This document shows positions 29,532-38,420 of a stretch of DNA of 63,656 nt, in pieces. Source of the DNA: Alphaproteobacteria bacterium (GTDB taxonomy: Bacteria; Pseudomonadota; Alphaproteobacteria; MPNO01; UBA830). Positions within the stretch are counted from its first letter, which is position 1, and every line of letters starts with the position of its first letter. The notes beneath the pieces are model-generated. The model was not told the DNA's origin. It saw only the letters and a program-made list of their open reading frames with translations, and did not search any database. Where the stretch lies: positions 1 through 63,656 of the forward strand of contig JAYPTI010000001.1 in assembly GCA_038133505.1 (NCBI GenBank), in the 5' to 3' direction. The position numbers and the translations under genes are program-made.

Positions 29532-30628
29532 AATCCCTTACGCTCATCAAGGGCGCGACCCTGGCCTTCGCCGGGGCGGCGCTCACGCTCGGTACCGTCG
29601 CGACGCCCGCTCCGGCCGCCGATTTCTCCGGCAAACGCATCGAATGGATCATCCCCTACGGCACCGGCGGCGGGTCGAACGCCTGGGCGCGCTTCTATGC
29701 GCCGCGGCTTCAGAAGCACCTGCCGGGCGAGCCGACGGTGGCGGTCAAGAACATGCCCGGGGCGAGCTCGACGAAGGGTACGAACTTCTTCGCGCGGCGC
29801 GCCGCGACGGACGGCCTGATGGCGCTCGGCACGTCGGGCTCGACGCAGTTTCCGTATCTGCTCGACGACCGCCGCGTCCAGTACGACTACAAGGACTGGG
29901 AAGTGATCCTGGCGACGCCCGTCGGCGGCATCGTCTACGTCAACCCGTCGCTCGGCGTGACCAAGGCCGACAAGGACGGCATGAAGAAGCTGCAGAAGGC
30001 CGCGCTGAAGTTCGGCTCGCAGGGCGCCACGTCGCTCGATCTCGTGCCGCTGCTGGCCTTCCAGATCCTCGGCCTCAACGTGAAGCCGGTGTTCGGCATG
30101 AAGGGCCGCGGCCCGGCGCGCCTCGCCTTCGAGCGCGGCGAGGTCCGGATCGACTACCAGACGACGCCCGCCTACCTGAAGCGCGTCATGCCGCTTGTGA
30201 AGGCCGGAAAGGCCGTGCCGCTGATGACCTGGGGCATGCTGGACGATAACGGCAACCTGGTCCGCGATCCCAACTTCCCCGACCTGCCGCACGTCGGCGA
30301 GGTCTTCGAGACCATGCACGGCAAGAAGCCAAAGGGCCCGGCCTGGACGGCGTGGCGCGCGTTCATGGCGGCCGGCTATCCGGCCCAGAAGATGATCTTC
30401 GTCAAGAAGGGCACGCCCGCCGACATCCTCGCCGCATGGCGCAAGGCAGCCCAGGACACGATCAACGAGCCCGGTTTCAAGGAAGCCGCCGCAAAGGCGC
30501 TTGGCGACTATCCGCAGGCCGTCGGCAAGAAGGCGGAAGTCCTCTACAAGGTGGCGACCACGGTGCCGCCGTCGGCCAAGAAGTGGGTCAGGGACTGGCT
30601 CAAGCGCGAGTACAACGCCGTTCCGTAA
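29528..30628 (+). CDS. TTT substrate-binding protein (divergent TctC/Bug type)
   Basis: Signal peptide MKSLTLIKGATLAFAGAALTLGTVATPAPAADF. IIPYGTGGGSNAWARF...MPGASSTKGTN pattern. ATGA overlap with the PrpF-like gene. Confidence 0.75.
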   Translation: MKSLTLIKGATLAFAGAALTLGTVATPAPAADFSGKRIEWIIPYGTGGGSNAWARFYAPRLQKHLPGEPTVAVKNMPGASSTKGTNFFARRAATDGLMALGTSGSTQFPYLLDDRRVQYDYKDWEVILATPVGGIVYVNPSLGVTKADKDGMKKLQKAALKFGSQGATSLDLVPLLAFQILGLNVKPVFGMKGRGPARLAFERGEVRIDYQTTPAYLKRVMPLVKAGKAVPLMTWGMLDDNGNLVRDPNFPDLPHVGEVFETMHGKKPKGPAWTAWRAFMAAGYPAQKMIFVKKGTPADILAAWRKAAQDTINEPGFKEAAAKALGDYPQAVGKKAEVLYKVATTVPPSAKKWVRDWLKREYNAVP

Positions 30629-30692
30629 GGCGTTCGGCCACGCCGCGGGGCGCGTCATGGCGCCCCGCGGCGGTTCCCGATAGGCTCAAGCC

Positions 30693-32672
30693 ATGATCGA
30701 GGCTCTTCTCGCCGCGCTCGCGGACATCACCAGCGGGCACCACCTCATCTACCTGTTCGCCGGCGTCGCGATGGGGTTGGTTGTCGGTATTTTTCCGGGA
30801 CTCGGCGGCATCGTCGGGCTCTCCATCCTTTTGCCGTTTCTCTACGGCATGGACCCGACCTCGGCGCTGTCGATGCTGATCGGCCTTGTCGCGGTCATTC
30901 CCACCTCCGATACGTTTGCCTCCGTCCTGATGGGCATACCCGGCTCCAGCGCCTCGCAGGCGACGGTGCTCGACGGATTCCCGCTCGCCAAGAAGGGCGA
31001 GGGCGCGCGGGCGCTCGGCGCCGCGTTCTCGGCCTCGCTGTTCGGCGGCCTGTTCGGCGCGGTGGTGCTGACGTTCGTCATAGTCGTCGCGCGCGAGGTG
31101 ATCCTGCTGTTCACCTCGGCCGAGCTGTTCATGCTGACGATCCTCGGCCTGTCGATGGTCGGCGTGCTCGCCGGTACCAGCCTGATGAAGGGCGTGCTCG
31201 CCTGCGCGCTCGGGCTGATGGTGAGTTCGATCGGCGGTGCGCCCGCGACCGGCGAATTCCGCATGTCGCTCGATATCCCCTATCTCGGCGACGGGCTGCC
31301 GCTGGTCGTCGTCGGCCTCGCCATGTTCGCGGTGCCCGAGATCGTCGACCTGCTGCGCGCCGGCGGTTCGATCTCGCGCAGCCAGACGCTGGGGCGCGGC
31401 TGGCTGCAGGGCCTCAAGGACATGTGGCTCTACAAGTGGCTGTGCCTGCGCTGCGCCGGCATCGGCTGCATCATCGGCGCGCTCCCCGGCCTCGGCGGCA
31501 GCGTCGTCGACTGGATCGCGTACGGCCACGTCAAGCAGACGGTGAAGGACGCCTCGCAGTTCGGCCACGGCGATATCCGCGGCGTCCTCGCGCCCGAAAG
31601 CGCGAACAACGCGAAGGAAGGCGGCGGGCTGATCCCGACGCTGCTGTTCGGCATTCCCGGCTCCGGCTCGATGGCGGTGTTTCTCGGCGGCATGGTGCTG
31701 ATCGGGCTCGAACCCGGCCCGGCGATGGTCGAGGGCAAGCTGAACCTCACCTACGTCATCATCTGGTCCCTGGCGCTGGCCAACGTGCTGGGCGCGGGTG
31801 CGTGCCTGTTCCTGTCTAAATACGTCGCGATGCTGACGACGATCCGCTACGCGTTCCTCGCGCCGTTCATGATCATGGTGATCTGCTTTGCGGCGTTCCA
31901 GGCGCAGCGCGACCTCGGCGACCTGATCGCGCTGTTCGGCGTCGGTCTGATCGGGATCCTGATGAAGCGCTTCGGCTGGCCGCGGCCCGCCTTCCTGATC
32001 GGTTTCGTGCTCGCCGACCAGTCCGAGACCTATCTCTACCAGGCAGTCCAGTTCTACGACTGGGACTTTCTCTATCGGACCGGCGTCCTGATCATTTTCG
32101 CGATCACGATCGTCTCCGCCTGGATGGGCGCCCGCAATGTGCCGACCGGCGAAAGCGACGCAGCCGAGGCGGCGCACTCGCGCGTGCAGAACATGCGCCC
32201 GCAGGCCTGGTTCGCGACGCTGGTTTTCGCCTTCCTCGCCTGGGGTCTGATCGACGGGCTCACGCAGTCGTTCCTCGGCGGCATCTACACCATCGGCATC
32301 GCGGCGCTGTCGCTTCCGGTCGCGGCCCGCCTGATGTACCTCACCTGGACGAACAACACCGCGCACACGGTCAATTTCGACCTAGAGGTCGAGGGCGATC
32401 ACCTGCAGAGCGCCGATACGCCCCCCTTGTTGCACTACCTGCTGTGGCTGGCGGCCTTCCTCGCCGCGATCATGCTGATCGGGTTCTGGCTCGCGATCGT
32501 CGGCTTCTTCGCGATCTTCCTGCGCGTGAAGACCGACGCGTCGTGGCTGCGGATCGCGGTCATGACCGTCTGCGGCGTCGGGTTCATCTCGGCGCTCGCC
32601 TGGATCATGGTCCTCGACTTCCCCGGCGGACTGCTCCAGGAAGCGTTCGTTCTGCCCTGGCCGATAGGTTAG
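30693..32672 (+). CDS. tctA: TTT large permease TctA with a C-terminal TctB-like four-helix extension (apparent TctA-TctB fusion)
   Basis: 659 aa, against 509 aa for the stand-alone TctA at 38421..39950. The first ~500 aa align by eye with that paralogue (GIFPGLGG, IPGSSASQATVLDGFPLAKKGEG, APESANNAKEGG). The last ~150 aa hold four extra hydrophobic helices. No separate tctB lies in this operon. Confidence 0.8.
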   Translation: MIEALLAALADITSGHHLIYLFAGVAMGLVVGIFPGLGGIVGLSILLPFLYGMDPTSALSMLIGLVAVIPTSDTFASVLMGIPGSSASQATVLDGFPLAKKGEGARALGAAFSASLFGGLFGAVVLTFVIVVAREVILLFTSAELFMLTILGLSMVGVLAGTSLMKGVLACALGLMVSSIGGAPATGEFRMSLDIPYLGDGLPLVVVGLAMFAVPEIVDLLRAGGSISRSQTLGRGWLQGLKDMWLYKWLCLRCAGIGCIIGALPGLGGSVVDWIAYGHVKQTVKDASQFGHGDIRGVLAPESANNAKEGGGLIPTLLFGIPGSGSMAVFLGGMVLIGLEPGPAMVEGKLNLTYVIIWSLALANVLGAGACLFLSKYVAMLTTIRYAFLAPFMIMVICFAAFQAQRDLGDLIALFGVGLIGILMKRFGWPRPAFLIGFVLADQSETYLYQAVQFYDWDFLYRTGVLIIFAITIVSAWMGARNVPTGESDAAEAAHSRVQNMRPQAWFATLVFAFLAWGLIDGLTQSFLGGIYTIGIAALSLPVAARLMYLTWTNNTAHTVNFDLEVEGDHLQSADTPPLLHYLLWLAAFLAAIMLIGFWLAIVGFFAIFLRVKTDASWLRIAVMTVCGVGFISALAWIMVLDFPGGLLQEAFVLPWPIG

Positions 32673-32688
32673 GCATTTCGTTTCCGTT

Positions 32689-32771
32689 CCGGCCCTCTCC
32701 CCCACCCCGACCCCCCCACAAACAATTCCGAGGCTAATAGCGCAGGGTGGCCGGGCGGGGGGGAGGGCCGG
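32689..32771. repeat. Long imperfect GC-rich inverted repeat between convergent genes
   Basis: CCGGCCCTCTCCCCC (32689-32703) can pair with GGGGGGGAGGGCCGG (32757-32771), with one bulge. Inner CCACCC/GGGTGG pairing is also possible. Confidence 0.4.
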
Positions 32772-32792
32772 TACCCACCCCAATATCAGCGC

Positions 32793-33701
32793 CTAAACAT
32801 CCACCCGTTCCGGCATCGTCAGGAACGCCTCCATCGCGTGCCAGAAGCGCGCGCGGTTTAGGCCCAGCGGCGTGACGTGCGCCTGTCCCGCGAAAATGGC
32901 GAACTGCTTGTCCATGTTGGGCAGCTTCTCGAAAAAGGCGAGCAGGTCTTCCAGCGTCGCAACGCCGTCGTGTTCGCCCCGGACGATCATCACCGGGCAG
33001 GCGATCTTTTCCGGATCGACGACCGGCAGGTTTGCGCACATATCGAGATAGGTGCCGGTCGGCACCGTGTCGCCGTATTGAAGCTCCGTCTCGGCGAGCG
33101 CGACCGCGACTTCCGGCTCCGACGTGCCCGGCTTGTCGCGGGTAAAGATGGATTCGAAAAAGGCGCGGTCGACGGCGCGCGTGTTGTGGGCGCGGAAATA
33201 ATCGAGATTCTCGGCGCGTTTGATCAGGGTCGGCGCGTCCTTGCCGGTCCAGACGAACGCGTCGAGGACCAGCCGCGTCACTGCAGCGGGACAGGCCTGC
33301 GCGAAGGCGGCGGCCCGCAGCGCGCCGGACGACGATCCGTAGAACATCGCGGACGTCGCGCCGGTCTCGCGCGTCACGACCTCGAAGCCGGCCTTCAGGT
33401 CTTCGACGCCGCTCGCGATGTCCGACCAGCCTTCGGTCCTCGACGAACGGCCGTAACCTTCGTGGTCGAGCGTCCAGACGTCGAAGCCCACGGCCGCGAA
33501 CCGGTCCATCAGCGAATAGTCGTCGCGTCCGGGCACCTGCAGGTCGAAACCGGTGGGCCCCGAAAAGGACGAGCCGTGCACCAGGAACAGCACGCCGCGC
33601 GGCGATCCGGATGAAAGTCGCTTGCGGAACATGAACAGTTCGACGTCGCCGTAATCGGCGGTCTTCTTCGCCCAGTACTCGTCGGCTTTTATCTCGCTCA
33701 T
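32793..33701 (-). CDS. Alpha/beta hydrolase (paralogue 1)
   Basis: 302 aa. Has an HG oxyanion motif (LVHGSSFS), a nucleophile elbow GSSSG, and RGEHDG and GQAH as likely Asp/His. About half its residues are identical by eye to 37493..38395. Confidence 0.85.
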   Translation of the reverse strand: MSEIKADEYWAKKTADYGDVELFMFRKRLSSGSPRGVLFLVHGSSFSGPTGFDLQVPGRDDYSLMDRFAAVGFDVWTLDHEGYGRSSRTEGWSDIASGVEDLKAGFEVVTRETGATSAMFYGSSSGALRAAAFAQACPAAVTRLVLDAFVWTGKDAPTLIKRAENLDYFRAHNTRAVDRAFFESIFTRDKPGTSEPEVAVALAETELQYGDTVPTGTYLDMCANLPVVDPEKIACPVMIVRGEHDGVATLEDLLAFFEKLPNMDKQFAIFAGQAHVTPLGLNRARFWHAMEAFLTMPERVDV

Positions 33702-33720
33702 CCTGTCCTCCCTCTGACGT

Positions 33721-33751
33721 AGAAAAGGCGGGCGCCCGGTGAGCGCCCGCC
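33721..33751 (-). terminator. Rho-independent terminator after the NIPSNAP gene
   Basis: GGCGGGCGC-CCGGTGA-GCGCCCGCC (33727-33751). On the minus strand the stem is followed by TTTTCT (33726-33721). Confidence 0.6.
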
Positions 33752-33776
33752 CTCGTTTCGTGGGTCAGCCGTCGCG

Positions 33777-34400
33777 TTACTGCAGCGGCGAGAACGGCGT
33801 CGTGAAGCAGATCTTGTTGGCCTGGATCTGCAGCGTCTCGCGCCGGCCCTTCGGCGGCCAGATCCCCTTGGCGGCCGCTTCCTTGCGCACTTCCGCGCGG
33901 TGCTCGAGGCTTTCGTATCCCCAGATATGGACGAACTTGTTCAGCCCGCCGAGATCGGTGTGCATCGCCATGACCAGCGGCGACATCTCGATGCGCTTCG
34001 GGATCGCCTTTTCCCAGTTCTTGTAGAGCTCGCCGATCATGCCGGGGATCAGCGTGTATTCGCGCCACTCGAAAATCGGGCCGACCTTGTTCTTCGGGAA
34101 TTCCGGCGTGAACGGCGACGGGACGAAGATTTCCGACTGCATGTGTTCCTGCAGGTGACCGACCTTCGGCGGCCAGGCGTATTTCTTGTTCTTGACCGAT
34201 GTCGCGCGCTTCTTCTCGCGGTCGAGTCCGTCCTTGTACGGCCAGATGTGGATCACTTCGTTGAGCGGTCCGATCTCCGTATGGAAGAAAGCGGCGATGC
34301 GCGAGAGGCTTTTGCGCCTCTCGTAGGCCTTGCCGAACGTGTCGATGAATTCCGGAACGCCGCGCGGCTTGAGTCGGTAGGTCCTGACTTCGAATATCAT
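33777..34400 (-). CDS. NIPSNAP-family protein (two NIPSNAP repeats)
   Basis: 207 aa. MIFEVRTYRLKPRG...LNEVIHIWPY, with a second repeat IFEWREYTLIPG...LNKFVHIWGYESLEHR. Confidence 0.8.
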   Translation of the reverse strand: MIFEVRTYRLKPRGVPEFIDTFGKAYERRKSLSRIAAFFHTEIGPLNEVIHIWPYKDGLDREKKRATSVKNKKYAWPPKVGHLQEHMQSEIFVPSPFTPEFPKNKVGPIFEWREYTLIPGMIGELYKNWEKAIPKRIEMSPLVMAMHTDLGGLNKFVHIWGYESLEHRAEVRKEAAAKGIWPPKGRRETLQIQANKICFTTPFSPLQ

Positions 34401-34470
34401 GGTGTCTCCCCAGTTCGAGTTCGTGTTGTTGTGGCGGGCATTGCGCCCGCCGTGGGCCGGACCGGCACGC

Positions 34471-35778
34471 CTACATCAGACCCCACAATTGGGGCAGCCA
34501 TAGGACGATGGCCGGAAAGAGCGTCAGCAGCAGCAATCGTGCCACATCGGCGAAGAAAAAGGGAATTATTCCGCGGAAGACCTGACTGAGCTCGATGTCC
34601 TTCGCGATGCCGTGGAGGACGAAAACGTTGATGCCGATCGGCGGGGTGATCATGCCGATCTCCATCGCGATGACGTTGATCACGCCCCACCATACGGGGT
34701 CGTAGCCGATATCCACGATGACCGGATAGACGAACGGCAGCGTGATCACCATCGCGGCGACGGTATCGAAGATGCTGCCGAGGACGAGAAACATCAGCTC
34801 GAACAGCAGAATGATCAGAAGCGGCGGCAGGCCGAGAGACTTGATGCCCTCGACGACTTCCTCGGGCATGTGCGACAGGGTGACGAAATAGCTGAACACC
34901 GCCGCGCCCATGATGATGATGTAGATCATCCCGGTGTTGGCGGCGGTCTCTCCCAGGCTCTGGAGAAAGATGTCCTTCGTCATGTTGCCGCGGAAGATCG
35001 TGAACAAGATCGCGAGCGAGGCGCCGACCGCGGCCGCTTCGGTCACCGTGAAGATACCCGTGTAGATGCCGCCCGAGACGACGGTCGCGAGGAAAACGAC
35101 GCCCCAGCATTCCTTCAGGATGACCAGCCGTTCCTTCCACGGAATGCGTTCGCCCGGCGGTCCCGCTTCGGGGTTCATGCGGACGTAGATCGAGATCGTG
35201 ATGAAGTAGAAGACCACCGCCAGCAGCCCCGGAATGAACGAGGCGGCGAACAGCGTGATGATGTCCTCTTCGGTCAGGATCGCGTACAGGATCATCACCA
35301 CCGACGGCGGGATGATCATCCCCAGCGTGCCGCCCGCGGCGATACAGCCGGACGCCAGGGTCGGCTGGTAGCCGCGCGACAGCATCTCCGGCAGCGCCAT
35401 GCGCGAGAACGTCGCCGCGGTCGCGACCGACGAGCCGCAAACGGCGCCGAAGCCGGCGCAGCCGCCGATGGTCGCCATCGCGAGGCCGCCCGGCCGATGG
35501 CCGATGAAGGCGTAGGCGAGGCGGTAGAGATCGGCCGACAGACCGGCCGCGCCCGCGAAACTCCCCATCAGCAGGAACAGGGCGAGCACCGCGAGTCCTT
35601 CGTTCGCGATCGCCGCCGACGGCTCGGTGCCGAGGAGCGACGCCGCCGGCTCGAACCCGATGAGGAAACCGACGCCGAAAAAGCCGGTGAGACCCATCGC
35701 GATGCCGATCGGCACGTGCAGCGCGATCATCAGGAACATGCCGGCGAGGCCGATGGAGCCGATCAGGATGGGATCCAT
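34471..35778 (-). CDS. dctM: TRAP transporter large permease
   Basis: 435 aa polytopic membrane protein with typical DctM sequence (GSFAGAAGLSADLYR, GGTLGMIIPPS, ITPPIGINVFV). Confidence 0.9.
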   Translation of the reverse strand: MDPILIGSIGLAGMFLMIALHVPIGIAMGLTGFFGVGFLIGFEPAASLLGTEPSAAIANEGLAVLALFLLMGSFAGAAGLSADLYRLAYAFIGHRPGGLAMATIGGCAGFGAVCGSSVATAATFSRMALPEMLSRGYQPTLASGCIAAGGTLGMIIPPSVVMILYAILTEEDIITLFAASFIPGLLAVVFYFITISIYVRMNPEAGPPGERIPWKERLVILKECWGVVFLATVVSGGIYTGIFTVTEAAAVGASLAILFTIFRGNMTKDIFLQSLGETAANTGMIYIIIMGAAVFSYFVTLSHMPEEVVEGIKSLGLPPLLIILLFELMFLVLGSIFDTVAAMVITLPFVYPVIVDIGYDPVWWGVINVIAMEIGMITPPIGINVFVLHGIAKDIELSQVFRGIIPFFFADVARLLLLTLFPAIVLWLPQLWGLM

Positions 35779-35781
35779 GCG

Positions 35782-36309
35782 CTACATCCCCGCCCCGGTC
35801 GGCACTTCGCCGCGGCCGGTGACCGCGGTCGCCAGCCGCTGGACGAGCACCAGAAACTGCACCGGCAGGCACATCGCGATAATCGCGGTCGTCAGCCACC
35901 ACCACGGCACGATGCTCATCTCGATGGTGCCGGTCACCCGGTCGTTCGCCTGATAGTCCAGCGTCAGGCGCAGGAACTGCCAGGCGAGCATCGTAAAGAA
36001 AAGCATCGTGAAGCTTGCCCCGAACGCCTCGAGCCACGCGCCCCCGCGCCGACCGAGACCCTTGCCGAGGAACCGGATGGTGATGTTATGGCCCTGCAGG
36101 AGCCCTGCCGGGAAGCACGACGCGATCACGACGGCGTAGATCACCTCGCCGAGATCGCTGAAACCCGGAATGCGCGGCAGGCCGAGATAGCGCATCGACG
36201 CGTCGAACATCGTCAGCATCGCCATCACGACAAGGCCGGTGAATCCGATCGTGGCGACCAGCCGCGTGAAGCGGTCGAGCCGGTCGCGCAGGCCGAGGAT
36301 CATCTCCAT
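35782..36309 (-). CDS. dctQ: TRAP transporter small permease
   Basis: Start at ATG 36309 (MEMILGLRDRLDRFTRLVATIGF). 175 aa with four TM helices. Ends 3 nt before the dctM start. Confidence 0.82.
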   Translation of the reverse strand: MEMILGLRDRLDRFTRLVATIGFTGLVVMAMLTMFDASMRYLGLPRIPGFSDLGEVIYAVVIASCFPAGLLQGHNITIRFLGKGLGRRGGAWLEAFGASFTMLFFTMLAWQFLRLTLDYQANDRVTGTIEMSIVPWWWLTTAIIAMCLPVQFLVLVQRLATAVTGRGEVPTGAGM

Positions 36310-36344
36310 GCGGGAAGGGCCCCCGGGCGGCTCGCTCTCCCTCC

Positions 36345-37352
36345 TCAGGAGCCCTTGCGGACCTCTTCGAGCGCCTTCTTGTAGGTGTCGTAGATCTTCC
36401 GGCCGTTCGGCGTCTTGGCGATCCACCAGTCGTGGACCGACTGCGCGCGCTTCATGCCGGCCTTCTCCTCGGAGGCGAAGTCCGCAAAGACGAGATCCTT
36501 CTTCGCAAGACGCTGGTCGCGGATCTTCTTGGTCTCGCCGTCATAGGCGTCGCCGCCCCATTTCGCGATGGTATCGCCGCCCCATTTCTTGAAGGCGGCC
36601 TTCTCGGCGGACGACAGGCTTTCGTGGCGCTTCTTGTTCATCAGCAGGATGAACGGAATGACTCCGACGGGCGCCTCGTAGACGTGCGTGACCAGCGAGA
36701 AGGTCTTGAAGGTCCGCATGCCGGTATAGCCCTGCACGACCGCGTCGAGCACGCCGCGCTTCAGCGCCGTATTCATTTGCGGCGAGCTCATGGTCTGCGG
36801 CGCGGCGCCGACCGACTTGATCCACTCCGCGTGGACCGGGCCGATCGCGCGGATCTTCATGTTCTTCAGGTCGTCGATCGACTTGACCGGCTTGGACGAG
36901 AAGACGTGTCCCGGCGCGGCGGTCCAGATGCCGATCGGCGTGGTGTCCTCGAAACCGCTGAGCAGACCGGCCTCGTAAAGCTTCCAGCCGGCATGCGAGC
37001 CTTCCTTCGCGGACGACGCCATGTAGGGCAGGTCGAGGACCTGAAGCTCGGGGAACTGACCCGCCGTATAGCCCGGCAGAACCCACGCGATATCCGCGAC
37101 GCCGTTCTTCACCAGCTCGTACTGCTTGAACGGGCTTTTGCCCAGCGTGCCGCCCCAGTAGCCCTGGAGTTTCGAGCTGTCGCCGATCTCCTTCTGCACC
37201 GCCGCCAGCCAAGGCTTGATGACTGTGCGGACGCCGACGCTCTTTTCGGGCACGAACGAGCCGATCTTGATCTCGGCGGCGGTCGCCGCGGTCGTGACGA
37301 GAGCGGCCAGAGCGAGGCCGGCGGTTGCGGTCGCAATCAGGGTCTTGCGCAT
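36345..37352 (-). CDS. dctP: TRAP transporter substrate-binding protein
   Basis: Start at ATG 37352 (MRKTLIATATAGLALAALVTTAATAAEIK signal peptide). DctP-like body (NMKIRAIGP..., LKRGVLDAVVQGY). Confidence 0.85.
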   Translation of the reverse strand: MRKTLIATATAGLALAALVTTAATAAEIKIGSFVPEKSVGVRTVIKPWLAAVQKEIGDSSKLQGYWGGTLGKSPFKQYELVKNGVADIAWVLPGYTAGQFPELQVLDLPYMASSAKEGSHAGWKLYEAGLLSGFEDTTPIGIWTAAPGHVFSSKPVKSIDDLKNMKIRAIGPVHAEWIKSVGAAPQTMSSPQMNTALKRGVLDAVVQGYTGMRTFKTFSLVTHVYEAPVGVIPFILLMNKKRHESLSSAEKAAFKKWGGDTIAKWGGDAYDGETKKIRDQRLAKKDLVFADFASEEKAGMKRAQSVHDWWIAKTPNGRKIYDTYKKALEEVRKGS

Positions 37353-37428
37353 GATGTCCCTCCAGAATTCATCCCGAAAATCGTCTGTGGGAAAATTCTG
37401 GCGCATCTCGCGCCCCGAGTCACCCCGC

Positions 37429-37498
37429 CCGAAAATTCAGACGGGAAAATTCGGGCGGGAAAATTCGAGTGGGAAAACTCGGGCGGGAAATTTCAGGC
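37429..37498. repeat. Five tandem 14-bp direct repeats, GGGAAAAYTCRRGY
   Basis: The five units are CCGAAAATTCAGAC, GGGAAAATTCGGGC, GGGAAAATTCGAGT, GGGAAAACTCGGGC and GGGAAATTTCAGGC, head to tail. A sixth, isolated copy GGGAAAATTCTGGC lies at 37389-37402, 37 nt upstream of the dctP start. Confidence 0.85.
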
Positions 37499-38395
37499 GA
37501 GCGAGTCGACCCGATCCGGCATGTCGAGGAACGACTTCATCGCGTGCCAGAAACGCGCTCGGTTGACGCCGAGCTGCGTGTTGTGGGCCATGCCGCCGAT
37601 CGACACGAGCTGCTTGTCGCGGTGGGGCAGACGGCCGAAGAAATCCATCACGTCCGCGTCCGTGGCGATGCCGTCGTGGTCGCCGCGGACGATCAGGGCC
37701 GGACAGAAGATCTTCTCGGGTTCGACGACGGGTAGGTTCGCGCACATGTCGTAATAGGTACCGTTGGGGACGCTGCCGCCGCCGTTGTCCATTTCGGATT
37801 TTGCCGCCGCCGGCGCGAGCTCGGGAATCGTGAGGCCGGTGACGTCGCGGGTGAAGACGCCGCGGTAATATTCCTCGTCGACGATGCGGCGCGGGTTGTT
37901 CTTCCATTCCTCCAGCCGCTCGGCGCGCTTGATCAGCGTCGGCGAATCCTTGCCGGTGTAGGTCAGCGCCGCGAAGATGATCTTGCTCACCCGCTCGGGG
38001 CAGGCGTTGGCGAAGGCGCCGGCGCGCAGGGCGCCCGACGACTGCCCGAAATAGATCGCGCTCTTCTGCCCGGTCTCGCGCTCGACCACCTCGGCGGTGA
38101 CCTTGAGGTCCTCGACGCCGCAGGCGATGTCGGAGCTGCTTTCGGTATGGGTCGAGCGGCCGTAGCCCTCGTGATCGACGGTCCAGACGTCGTAGCCGAA
38201 CTTGGCGAAGGCTTCCATCAGCGAATAGCCGGGATGGCCCGGCACCTCGAGGTCGTAGCTCGACCGCGACGAGAAGGACGAGCCGTGCACCAGAAACAGC
38301 ACCGGCGCGTCGCCCGTTGCCGGACGTCGCCGGTACATCTGCAGGGTCACGTCGCCCTTCTGTGCCTGGTGTTCCTCGAAAACGATATCGGTCAT
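37493..38395 (-). CDS. Alpha/beta hydrolase (paralogue 2)
   Basis: Start at ATG 38395 (MTDIVFEEHQAQKGDVTLQMY). LVHGSSFS, GQSSG, RGDHDG, GMAH. 25 nt downstream of tctA. Confidence 0.85.
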   Translation of the reverse strand: MTDIVFEEHQAQKGDVTLQMYRRRPATGDAPVLFLVHGSSFSSRSSYDLEVPGHPGYSLMEAFAKFGYDVWTVDHEGYGRSTHTESSSDIACGVEDLKVTAEVVERETGQKSAIYFGQSSGALRAGAFANACPERVSKIIFAALTYTGKDSPTLIKRAERLEEWKNNPRRIVDEEYYRGVFTRDVTGLTIPELAPAAAKSEMDNGGGSVPNGTYYDMCANLPVVEPEKIFCPALIVRGDHDGIATDADVMDFFGRLPHRDKQLVSIGGMAHNTQLGVNRARFWHAMKSFLDMPDRVDSLA

Positions 38396-38420
38396 GTCGG
38401 AAGTCTCCGGTGGGTGGGGC

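Noticed and set aside
37429-37498. CRISPR-like array
   Set aside because: The repeats are only 14 bp long and directly abutting, with no spacers, and no cas genes are present. It is a tandem repeat or operator-type array, not CRISPR.
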